A stretch of DNA of 57,942 nucleotides from Pseudomonadota bacterium (GTDB taxonomy: Bacteria > Bdellovibrionota > FAC87 > UBA2466), in NCBI GenBank assembly GCA_043718025.1, contig JAYSWN010000135.1, positions 1-57,942 of the forward strand, given 5' to 3'. How positions within the stretch are numbered: the stretch's first letter is position 1; each line of letters starts with the position of its first letter. The notes under the pieces were generated by a model that saw nothing but the letters and a program-made list of their open reading frames with translations, was not told the DNA's origin and did not search any database. Shown one piece after another: positions 50,077-57,942 of this stretch. A program made the translations under genes and the position numbers.

Positions 50077-50547
50077 TCACGGAGCTACGCACTGTTTCCA
50101 GAAGTAAGTGGTCACGCCATTTATTGTTTCGCTACATGTGGTCGTGCCTACTTTCTCCACATTACTGTAGAGCGTTCCAATGTTGTCTGCGGTGCCCTGC
50201 AAATAGACCGTAGCAAAGAACGCACCTATTCGGTCTGCGGAATGCAGGTTGCCCCGCATGTAATAGGTAGCGCTGGTTGAGTAGTTGCTGTCAGCCCCAG
50301 ACCCGCCTTCCACGCTTCCGCATTTGCCCGTACCGGTGGTGACACTCATGGTAGTTGCCTTCGGAACTTCGATGATCTGCTCTGCATTGTTTACATCACC
50401 AGGATAAGCAGCGCTGGCTGAAGCTACTTGAAGTAGTGTGTAGTTATGACCACCGGCGTCGACGCAAGCTGTTCTTGCGGCGAATACCGAAGCTGAGCTG
50501 AGCGTTGCCGCCACGATAAGAAAGTTAAATAATTTGTTTGGTTTCAT
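50077..50547 (-). CDS. Hypothetical secreted protein, 156 aa, 4 Cys (paralog of 50685-51308)
   Basis: Signal peptide ending VFA, RBS AGGA, and motifs shared with its neighbour. Confidence 0.85.
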   Translation of the reverse strand: MKPNKLFNFLIVAATLSSASVFAARTACVDAGGHNYTLLQVASASAAYPGDVNNAEQIIEVPKATTMSVTTGTGKCGSVEGGSGADSNYSTSATYYMRGNLHSADRIGAFFATVYLQGTADNIGTLYSNVEKVGTTTCSETINGVTTYFWKQCVAP

Positions 50548-50600
50548 TTTTTTCCTAAACCTTTTCTCCCAAAAAACTTTTTGTGGATGTTGATATTTAA

Positions 50601-50651
50601 TGAACCGCCCCAGGTTTGATCCGTATTTTTGCGGACTTCCGGGGCGGTTCT
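50601..50651. repeat. 50-bp palindromic intergenic element
   Basis: Perfect 10-bp inverted repeat GAACCGCCCC (50602-50611) / GGGGCGGTTC (50641-50650) around an inner TCCGTA/TGCGGA stem. Confidence 0.85.
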
Positions 50652-50684
50652 AAATTAATGAGGAATAAATTGACCCAGACCGAA

Positions 50685-51308
50685 TCAATCGTCGTTTTCT
50701 TTGCCATCACCGCACATGCGGCAAAAATAGCGATACCCACTGGCCGCATCGGCGTCGGCGATTTTACATACGGTCTTAGAGGTGGCGGATCCAGCCCCAG
50801 CGTCGTTTAAGAAGTAAGCGCGGTTGAATTTTACGCCGTTTCTTTTGAGGTTGGCTTTGATGTAAGCGCTAGGAGCGAAACGAGGAGGCATGACACGGTC
50901 GTTGTTTACCAGCACCTGCGTGTGGCCGTGGTAGGTGGTCGGCCGCCCATCGCGGTTGTTTACCGAAAATTCATCAACATCGGTGTCGCCGTTATCGCGT
51001 TTAGCACATTCGCCCGTTCCAGCCGAGAGATTGAGCGACGCAGTGCCTTGTGGGGGCGCGTCTAGAATATAGACGATGTCATTGGTTTTCGGGGTCGTGG
51101 TGATGAAGCTGCCTTCGTAGGCACGAATCTTGGTGGTTAAAGTCGAGCAATCAGTACCGGTCAGATCACCTTCGCCCCGTACTTCAACCAAAAAGTAGCT
51201 GCGGCTGGTGACGCTGATCGGACAGGCCCTAACCGGCAATGCGGCATTAAGATTTGCGGCGGCTAAAGACAAGCCGGCGAGTAAAATATGAAGTTTACCT
51301 ATTCTCAT
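50685..51308 (-). CDS. Hypothetical secreted protein, 207 aa, 6 Cys
   Basis: ATG 51308 with RBS GGAG, signal peptide ending LNA, and motifs shared with 50077-50547. Confidence 0.85.
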   Translation of the reverse strand: MRIGKLHILLAGLSLAAANLNAALPVRACPISVTSRSYFLVEVRGEGDLTGTDCSTLTTKIRAYEGSFITTTPKTNDIVYILDAPPQGTASLNLSAGTGECAKRDNGDTDVDEFSVNNRDGRPTTYHGHTQVLVNNDRVMPPRFAPSAYIKANLKRNGVKFNRAYFLNDAGAGSATSKTVCKIADADAASGYRYFCRMCGDGKENDD

Positions 51309-51416
51309 TAGTTTCTCCGTAGATGTTATTTGAAAGGGCGTTTCGCAAAACTTCGCAAGGAGAGTAAGACCAACAGAGGGGACGATCGCGACGCCTGCGG
51401 TTTTTATCGAACATAA

Positions 51417-51446
51417 ATTATAGGTGGCTGGGGTTGACCAGCACAA
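51417..51446 (-). promoter_or_regulatory. Sigma70-type promoter of the secreted-protein operon
   Basis: The minus strand reads TTGTGC-N18-TATAAT (perfect -10), about 110 nt upstream of the first ATG. Confidence 0.5.
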
Positions 51447-51479
51447 GACTCGATGCGTAGTACACTTGGGGCTCAGCTA

Positions 51480-53162
51480 TCAGGGAAGTAGCCAGACGGT
51501 ATTGGTTCCATCATCTTTTATTAGTCGGGCGTCGGGGAATCGTAGGTACATAAAAGCATTTTCGGCCAAGCGGCTCGTCCCCGCAAAAATCCAACGCGGA
51601 TCCCTTAGAAAAGGGTCATTTTGAATCAGGTCAAAGGAGTAATATCCGCCATATTCGTTGATGAAACAGATTTGCTTCACGCTTTTTTTAAGACAGGGGC
51701 TCTGCCGCTGATGTTGAGTGATGTAACTATCTACCTGGGCCAAACGGAGCGCACTAATAACGGTGAGGCTTATCAGCACGAGACACGCCACCGCCTTTGA
51801 CCAGGCCGTGTCTTTATTCCTACCCACCATCGCGCCCGCCGCGAGCACCGGCACCACGCCCCAAGCGGAGTGAAAAAAACGAAAGCCCCAACCGTTTTGT
51901 TGGGTAAGTACAACGAACGAATAGCCAACCAAGGTCATTAGGGCGCTGTACAGGAGAAGGCGCAAATAAATTGAGGATCGTGCGTGCTTCATGCCGATCA
52001 ACGCCAGCACCGGAAGCCCCGGCACCGCCCACGTTACCAGTCTCATTAGATCAATTAAACGATTTCCTAAAATTGTTTGGTTAGGTAGAGAGAAAGTGAA
52101 GCTGGTACGGGGAAGTAGATCCGTTAGCGTGCGTCCGACCACTCCATCGACTGAATTAGGCACTACGGAGCCCATTCCCTGACCCCCGAGGCCAATTCGA
52201 AAAAAAAACCAGCCAAAGCCAAGCGTGAGAACCAGCGGGGCGTAGCCTGCAAACAGCAAGGCAAGGTTTTTAAAACGTTCTGGTCGTAGAGCCAGCCAAA
52301 GCACCCAGGGGGTGCCAAATAAAAGGTGCGGAAAGGGGTGATGGAGAACCAACGCCAATGATCCCACCGCGCCCGCCGCAAGTAATCGTTTGTTGGTTGT
52401 TTCAATTAGTAGCGAAGCAAAGAGTAGATTCAAAAATAGATGACCACTCATTGTGAAGTAAGAAAGTGCATTCACCGAAAAAGCGGGCGAGGCCAGGGCA
52501 AAAAGCATGGCCCAGCCGGCCGCGGCTTTATCAGAAAAAATTTTTCGCGCCAGGTATCCGACTAGCACTACAGATCCGGCGCCAAAGAGCGCATTTAAAA
52601 GCCAGGGCAACCCGATCTTCATGAAAGGGGCTAGCAAAAGTGCGAAGCCCGGCCAGTAAAAGGAAACGAACTTACCGCTTACGGGGGAAACTTCAAAAAA
52701 CCAGCCGATGTATAAGGGAGGCAAAAATCGATTGATGAGTTGGGGGGGGAATTGGCCAGTCAGTTTACCTTCGGCAAATATCTTAGCCTGGGTGTAGACC
52801 GAAAACTCGTCTGCCGATAACGGGACGTCGTGATAGACCAGGCGCGCCAGAACGGCCAAAACTAGAAACACGAGCGTTCCTACCGCAACGGGGTGGTCAG
52901 CGATTTTATCCACCCCCTCTTCAATGGCCGCGGCGGGTAAAGTTCTGGCTAGGAATACACAACAAACCAGCGCCATCAATAAACTGATTGCTCCCAATAA
53001 ATCTTGCTGCGAAAACCAAAGCATATCGGCGATGATGTTTTTAAAACCATTGGTTTCGTTAAGGGGCGCCACCTTCCTGGCGGCTAACCAACTGGTGATG
53101 GCGCAGAGCAAAGTAAGGCAAAATGACGGATAGATTAATTTTTCGTAAGTCGTTTTATCCAT
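51480..53162 (-). CDS. GT-C-like (ArnT/PMT-type) membrane glycosyltransferase
   Basis: About 13 TM segments, acidic SADE motif in the extracytoplasmic loop, YWPG and WGFRFF. Confidence 0.7.
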   Translation of the reverse strand: MDKTTYEKLIYPSFCLTLLCAITSWLAARKVAPLNETNGFKNIIADMLWFSQQDLLGAISLLMALVCCVFLARTLPAAAIEEGVDKIADHPVAVGTLVFLVLAVLARLVYHDVPLSADEFSVYTQAKIFAEGKLTGQFPPQLINRFLPPLYIGWFFEVSPVSGKFVSFYWPGFALLLAPFMKIGLPWLLNALFGAGSVVLVGYLARKIFSDKAAAGWAMLFALASPAFSVNALSYFTMSGHLFLNLLFASLLIETTNKRLLAAGAVGSLALVLHHPFPHLLFGTPWVLWLALRPERFKNLALLFAGYAPLVLTLGFGWFFFRIGLGGQGMGSVVPNSVDGVVGRTLTDLLPRTSFTFSLPNQTILGNRLIDLMRLVTWAVPGLPVLALIGMKHARSSIYLRLLLYSALMTLVGYSFVVLTQQNGWGFRFFHSAWGVVPVLAAGAMVGRNKDTAWSKAVACLVLISLTVISALRLAQVDSYITQHQRQSPCLKKSVKQICFINEYGGYYSFDLIQNDPFLRDPRWIFAGTSRLAENAFMYLRFPDARLIKDDGTNTVWLLP

Positions 53163-53278
53163 GAAAAGACCGCGTGATGATAGGTTCGAGAATGCTCGGT
53201 CGAAAAATCAGCGTCAAGGCTTAGGGCGTATAGTTTTTTTAACGGTCGCTTGGTGGGCAAAACACGAATCGCTTGTTT

Positions 53279-53689
53279 TTAGTGCGACTGCCGTCGACAA
53301 GCCCTTCCACAAAACTTAGCGGCGAAGATAACGACGGCTTGCAAAGTAGCGATGGCCAAGAATAGGCGCGTTAGCTGACGAAGCCAGAAGGTCTCAGTTG
53401 AAATGCCGTTCACGAATGTGACAAGGCCCAAAATATTTTTTGGGGTCACCCAGCCGTCGTGGAAAAGATTTCGATCGCCCTTGGTGAGGTAGGTAGACTC
53501 TGGCCCCCCGTGGTGGATTTGGATCACTCGATGGCACAGTACCCTTTGTGATTTTCGAAACGCGATGAGATCTCCCACCCGAATTTCAGCAACGCAATCT
53601 TGAATACCCTCGACCAGGCTACCGTGGGGAATGGTTGGCCATTGGCTGTGGCCGAGGCAAGGTAATACAAATTTTTTGACCGAGCTCAT
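53279..53689 (-). CDS. S24/S26-family peptidase (Ser/His type)
   Basis: GHSQWPTI (GxSMxP-like), GDLIAF, CHRVI and TKGDRN...DG. Confidence 0.85.
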   Translation of the reverse strand: MSSVKKFVLPCLGHSQWPTIPHGSLVEGIQDCVAEIRVGDLIAFRKSQRVLCHRVIQIHHGGPESTYLTKGDRNLFHDGWVTPKNILGLVTFVNGISTETFWLRQLTRLFLAIATLQAVVIFAAKFCGRACRRQSH

Positions 53690-53740
53690 TTTGCCCTATG
53701 CTACCATGTCAGGACGTCTCGTTTTTCAAATCCCCCAGCC

Positions 53741-55126
53741 ATGCAAAATCAGACTGCCCCATCGCCGCGCTTTCGCCTGTCGTTTCTAATCTGCATTTTC
53801 GTTTTGGCTTGTGCACTACGTTTTGGCCTCGCCGCGGTGAATCGCGAGGCCATGGATGACCACTACGGTGACGTGATTAAACCACTACTGGAAGGTAAAG
53901 TTCCCTTCACCACCATTGGCAAATACCACCCAAAGTTTTTCCACATTACGGCGGTAATGGTCATCAAGGTGCTGGGAGTGGATTCTGCAGCGCACCGAAT
54001 TGTGGTGTGCCAGCTCATCAATGCTTTGGTGGGAACGCTTACTTTTGCTCTGCTGCTCTTATTTCTAATGAGATTGAACTTAGATTGGGTTGTGTTGAAA
54101 TGGCTGAGCCTTTTTTTAGCTTTCTCCCCGGGCCTCATTGCGTTCAACGCGATGGGCTCAAATGACACGTTCGTCATTTTCTTTTCTGTGGTTTCTACGC
54201 TTAGTCTTAGTTTTCTATTTTCAGAAAAATCGACGGTTAAAACGTCAATAATTTCTCTGCTTGTGGCCACCGTGGCCGTTTATTTGGCAATCGCAACCAA
54301 GGGAAATGGGTTGGTGATTGGGTTTTGCGCCATTCTCTATTCCGGCGCGTTGGTGGCACTGGCGATTTACCGAAAAAAATCGGTAATTATTCCCTTAGCG
54401 GCGTTCACTTTTTTAGGATTGGCCTCTACCTATTCCGTAGCTCACAATACGGTCTACTTTTATCATCCTGCTTACTACCGCCTTTTGAATTCCGATCGTT
54501 CGGTTATCGGCCCTTACACTGGACTTCCGAAAGGGGTTCGGTCTGATTCGCTCTATGGCAAACGGGCCCTAACCCAGGCCTTTTTTACTTTTCCGCTGAG
54601 CGCGCTTTTAGTGACACCCGTGGCCTCTTACGGTGCTCCCTTTAGTCACATGTATTCGTACTGGGCGCAAGTTTACGGCAATGCGACCTTCAGTCGATTT
54701 GCTTACTGGCCTCCAACTTGGCGTCGGGGCGACCGGTGGCTCCCGTGGATCGGGCGGGCTCAGTATCTTCTCAACGTGGTTCCGGTGTTAATTCTAGTTT
54801 GGGCAACTTTTCATCTGGCCCTTGGGTCGATGGATCTTAGCCAAACCAGCGAGGGTCGGGTGGGCAGGTTTTGTGCCTTCGTAACCTTGGCACACGTAGC
54901 AGCGGGAATGAGGTACTTCACCATTTTTCTCTCGTTCGTGTTCGCAAAATTTATTTACGTAGCCCCGTTTTTGGCGGCGGCCGTGTATTGTTTTGCTTGG
55001 GGGCTTCAGCGCATTGTGCGGCGGCAAGATAGGCGGGCGACGCAATTTTTGGGAGCGGTTTTCAACAGCTTGGCAATTGTGAACCTCGTCGACGTTCTGA
55101 TGCTGATCAGGGATCTAAATACCTGA
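53741..55126 (+). CDS. GT-C-like (ArnT/PMT-type) membrane protein
   Basis: About 11 TM segments, MDDH in loop 1, YHP, SND and ATKG. Confidence 0.65.
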   Translation: MQNQTAPSPRFRLSFLICIFVLACALRFGLAAVNREAMDDHYGDVIKPLLEGKVPFTTIGKYHPKFFHITAVMVIKVLGVDSAAHRIVVCQLINALVGTLTFALLLLFLMRLNLDWVVLKWLSLFLAFSPGLIAFNAMGSNDTFVIFFSVVSTLSLSFLFSEKSTVKTSIISLLVATVAVYLAIATKGNGLVIGFCAILYSGALVALAIYRKKSVIIPLAAFTFLGLASTYSVAHNTVYFYHPAYYRLLNSDRSVIGPYTGLPKGVRSDSLYGKRALTQAFFTFPLSALLVTPVASYGAPFSHMYSYWAQVYGNATFSRFAYWPPTWRRGDRWLPWIGRAQYLLNVVPVLILVWATFHLALGSMDLSQTSEGRVGRFCAFVTLAHVAAGMRYFTIFLSFVFAKFIYVAPFLAAAVYCFAWGLQRIVRRQDRRATQFLGAVFNSLAIVNLVDVLMLIRDLNT

Positions 55127-55894
55127 CGCAGGTAACTTAAGCTTACCCGACAGCGACTCAATTCCGTGCGACCATCCCACCAATATAGTTTCAGCGATAG
55201 TTCGCGGGTGGGCTTTAAACCGCCCGGCTTCGATCTTACCCGACGTATTGGCCGCGTGCATTCGGTAGCGAACCAACGGCACAGAAATCAAAAAAATGGA
55301 AAACAACTTTAGCACCCGAATCAAATAATCAACGTCGTGCGCCACCTTTAGGGTCTCGTCAAATCGCCCCACTTCCTCAAATACGCGTCGCCTAAAAACG
55401 TGCAACCAGAGGGCGCAAAGAAAAACGCCGGGTTGAAAATTAGGGTTGACCAAATCGGTAAAATTAACCGGTCCGGTGGAGGCGGTCACAGGGTGAAATA
55501 CATCTTCAAACCGGCCCAGTACTCGGTTCTCGCCGTCGATAATATCGGCAACTTCTCCCCGTACGACGGAGAATTCTGGGTTTGCTTTCAGGTACCCCAG
55601 GGCACGGCTTAGCCCTTCCGGTACGGCCAGATCATCGTGATCGAGAAAAGCGACAAACTCACCCCGCGCAAGGCTGAGAGCGCGATTGTAGGAGGCCGCG
55701 ATGCCTCGGCTTGTTTCGGAGCGTACCAGGGTAACGGGGAGATCCTTGATGGTTTCGAATGAGCCGTCAGTTGATCCATCGTCAATCACCAAAATTTCGG
55801 TTGAGGGTAAGCATTGGCTCAGCACACTCTGAACGGCCGCCCGCAGAAATTTTGTTCCGTTTTTGGTGGGAATGATAATGGAAAGTTCACACAT
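55115..55894 (-). CDS. GT2-family glycosyltransferase
   Basis: SIIIPTKN, VIDDGSTD, AFLDHDD and FDE...HD; 8-nt overlap with the upstream gene. Confidence 0.93.
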   Translation of the reverse strand: MCELSIIIPTKNGTKFLRAAVQSVLSQCLPSTEILVIDDGSTDGSFETIKDLPVTLVRSETSRGIAASYNRALSLARGEFVAFLDHDDLAVPEGLSRALGYLKANPEFSVVRGEVADIIDGENRVLGRFEDVFHPVTASTGPVNFTDLVNPNFQPGVFLCALWLHVFRRRVFEEVGRFDETLKVAHDVDYLIRVLKLFSIFLISVPLVRYRMHAANTSGKIEAGRFKAHPRTIAETILVGWSHGIESLSGKLKLPASGI

Positions 55895-57236
55895 GCTGAA
55901 GCGACTCCTGCTGCGTAAACTCGTAAAGAAAATTCTCGATTTCCGTAATCATCGGTAAGACTCGATAGACGTCTTGTGGATTTTCGAAAGAGAAATCAAA
56001 AGCCTTTTTTAGATGTCGTGATAGCGCGGTGGTGAGGGGAAGAGTGGCTTGTGACGTCTCTTCGATCAGGGCCCGGTCGGCGCTGACAAGTCGCGAAGTG
56101 AGCATCATGGCATTTGCGCATAGGTCTAGAGTAAATAGGCGGTGATCGTTTAGCGGAGATCCGATGCAGGCCCCACGAATGAGATGAAGGTTGGTCATCA
56201 AAAGCTCTTGAAGGCGATAGAAGTAAACCGCCCTCAGTTTTGTACGATTTTGATTTTCATTCTTCCAAAGCTGTTGCTGCAGCCGCATTGGATGCCAACC
56301 CGAGGTGAGCGCCTCGTACATCGCCGGAGAAACAGGGATTGTTAAGAGAGAGGGGTTGGGTCGATTTCTGTTTTGATGTAGGTTGCGATAGAAGCGGTGC
56401 AATTTCAGTTCTAACTGTGATTTTTCAAGGGGCCAATCGGACCAAATTTTTAAGTTAGGCCAAGGAGCCGTTTGCCGGTTGGTGGCCACGCCGGCATCGA
56501 CCGAAACTATCGTCAGCTGGGGCGAGGGCAAGCGCTCGGCGTTAGCCGCTTGGGCAAGCTCATTCATTTTCAAATAGGCATCAACCAGGGTGGAGCACAG
56601 CGTTCGCCGTTGGTTGCACGGTGTGCAGTCGTGCCACTGAATCTCGGCGACCTTCTTCAAATCGCGTAACGCCGTTCGGTAGTGAAATTGTTCTTTTTCG
56701 CGCGGATCAAACTCAACTAGCGTTGACCAAGCATTACAATAGCGGTCAAAAGCATACGCAAATCGAGCGCCGTAGGAAGCCGGGTACACTCTGTTTTTTG
56801 CCGTGGCGGCCCACCCATTTTCTGTGAACCGTCGCGAGCGTTCAAACCAGTGAAGTGGGCCCGGAATCCGGTGTTTCAAATTCCAAAGGGCCGATGACAC
56901 CACTTGGATTTCGCCGAGGATGGGTACGAGTCTGCGTAAGTTGAGATAGGTTTTACGAAGACCTTTTAAATTTTCGCTGCCTTGATTTAAGACCAGCAGC
57001 AGATCGATATCGGAGACTACGGGTGTCCACTCCCTAATCATTCCCCCCACCAGGTGAACTTCACTTACCTCTGCACAGCGCGCTAATCGATTGGCGCAAT
57101 ATTTGGCTGAGCTATCGTAATAGAACTTAGCCAACTCTAAAAAAGACGGTACTTGGATTAAACGCGAAGCCACGTGGCGAATGGTCGCCGGTATTCGCGG
57201 AGGGGAACTGTTTTGTGGCGTGGAGAAAGTATTCAT
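55887..57236 (-). CDS. Pol-beta-superfamily nucleotidyltransferase-domain protein
   Basis: VHLVGG-x9-SDIDLLLVL matches the hG[GS]...DxD signature, with a third carboxylate candidate in GEIQV. Start is ATG 57236 or GTG 57257. Confidence 0.75.
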   Translation of the reverse strand: MNTFSTPQNSSPPRIPATIRHVASRLIQVPSFLELAKFYYDSSAKYCANRLARCAEVSEVHLVGGMIREWTPVVSDIDLLLVLNQGSENLKGLRKTYLNLRRLVPILGEIQVVSSALWNLKHRIPGPLHWFERSRRFTENGWAATAKNRVYPASYGARFAYAFDRYCNAWSTLVEFDPREKEQFHYRTALRDLKKVAEIQWHDCTPCNQRRTLCSTLVDAYLKMNELAQAANAERLPSPQLTIVSVDAGVATNRQTAPWPNLKIWSDWPLEKSQLELKLHRFYRNLHQNRNRPNPSLLTIPVSPAMYEALTSGWHPMRLQQQLWKNENQNRTKLRAVYFYRLQELLMTNLHLIRGACIGSPLNDHRLFTLDLCANAMMLTSRLVSADRALIEETSQATLPLTTALSRHLKKAFDFSFENPQDVYRVLPMITEIENFLYEFTQQESLQHV

Positions 57237-57314
57237 CGATTCTGGACAGGCTACCACTTTGTGCCTAGACTAAAAGCCGTTTACCGGCAGTTTTGGGTAA
57301 TTTTGGGAGCTAAT

Positions 57315-57713
57315 ATGGAATTGCGCACCGTGACTCTTTCTGACGCCGTGGTTTTTAGAAAAGTGGGTACCGAACTGATTGCAATTCACACTCGGACCGG
57401 AAAGTTTTATTACTTTTCAGAAGAGACCAATTCTTTTTTCTCCTTTTTTCAGCGTGACGCTACGCTAAACGAATTTTTTCAGGCAAACGAACTTACCGGA
57501 AGTTCCCCTGAGTTTTTGTTGGAGCGCGAATACCTTGGGTCATTTCTTGAACAGTTGGTTTCTCTAGGGCTTTTTGAAGCGGGGAAAACTCTGGCCGCGG
57601 AAGTAAAACTGGCCGATGGAGATATTTTAGGATCTAAGTATAAGAAGCCTAAGTATTTGCGTTGCGGAGAGACAAACCTGGACGAAGTGACTTTCGCCTT
57701 TCTTTACCCTTAA
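57315..57713 (+). CDS. PqqD-family (RiPP recognition element) protein with a C-terminal leader-like extension
   Basis: RBS GGAG before ATG 57315. VVFRKVGTELIAIHTRTGKFYYFSE fits the three-strand wing, followed by helices ending FLEQLVSLGLF. Confidence 0.8.
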   Translation: MELRTVTLSDAVVFRKVGTELIAIHTRTGKFYYFSEETNSFFSFFQRDATLNEFFQANELTGSSPEFLLEREYLGSFLEQLVSLGLFEAGKTLAAEVKLADGDILGSKYKKPKYLRCGETNLDEVTFAFLYP

Positions 57714-57942
57714 TTTAATAAAAACGGTACCTACTTACTTCCGGCCAGCAATTAATTCTCGATTAACATCGGCCAAAGGTAAGGGGGGATACCCTTGTCT
57801 TCATGGGTAACTCTGTTCCTTTAGGATCTTTCTACGAGTTTCCTTAGAGGGTGTTTCAAAACCTTATGTAGAGCCGCGTTCCTGTCATTACCGAGCCTGC
57901 GTAGCAGGCGCGGCAACCTTTGGCCTGCTTGGTTTTGTCGAC

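Noticed and set aside
10197..52208. A/T homopolymer runs of 8-9 nt in gspI, gspH and GT-C genes as phase-variation sites
   Set aside because: Such runs are frequent throughout the window, encode Lys or Phe stretches, and all frames are intact.
57714..57942. Short ORFs after the RRE gene as separate precursor peptides (MGNSVPLGSFYEFP on plus, MKTRVSPLTFGRC on minus) and a CRAC-containing frame at the edge
   Set aside because: None has a leader motif. The window ends here, so the frame of any incoming gene cannot be determined.

Overview
A 58-kb chromosomal window from a bacterium of about 50% GC. The gene set looks Bdellovibrionota/deltaproteobacteria-like (inferred from the PilM-like GspL, MshEN-GspE, long Upp and TPR-wHTH regulator, not from a search). 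Contents in order: 3' end of an rRNA operon (23S, 5S); lepB; a ROK kinase; an ABC pair; a complete type II secretion operon gspC-N behind a sigma54-type promoter; two guanidino-modifying enzymes; a sugar cassette (split transketolase, epimerase-GT2 fusion, methyltransferase); a GGGQY-repeat lipoprotein; tRNA-Lys and tRNA-Cys; housekeeping genes (upp, def, aceE, ftsEX-envC, gshA); and a ~12-kb accessory surface-modification island (45.6-57.7 kb). The best candidate for an undescribed system is this island. It has a PqqD/RRE protein ending in its own lasso-leader-like tail (YKKPKYLRCG...VT), a Pol-beta-type nucleotidyltransferase, a GT2, a small Ser/His S26 peptidase, three GT-C-like membrane proteins and a sulfatase-like protein. 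These surround a self-contained operon of three secreted orphan proteins, two of which are disulfide-patterned paralogs. Other notable items are a candidate sRNA with an ECF-type promoter, a 6-Cys insertion in GspK, a 50-bp element resembling fused IS3 ends, and several enzymes with degenerate active sites. All family calls come from motifs read by eye; no searches were run.
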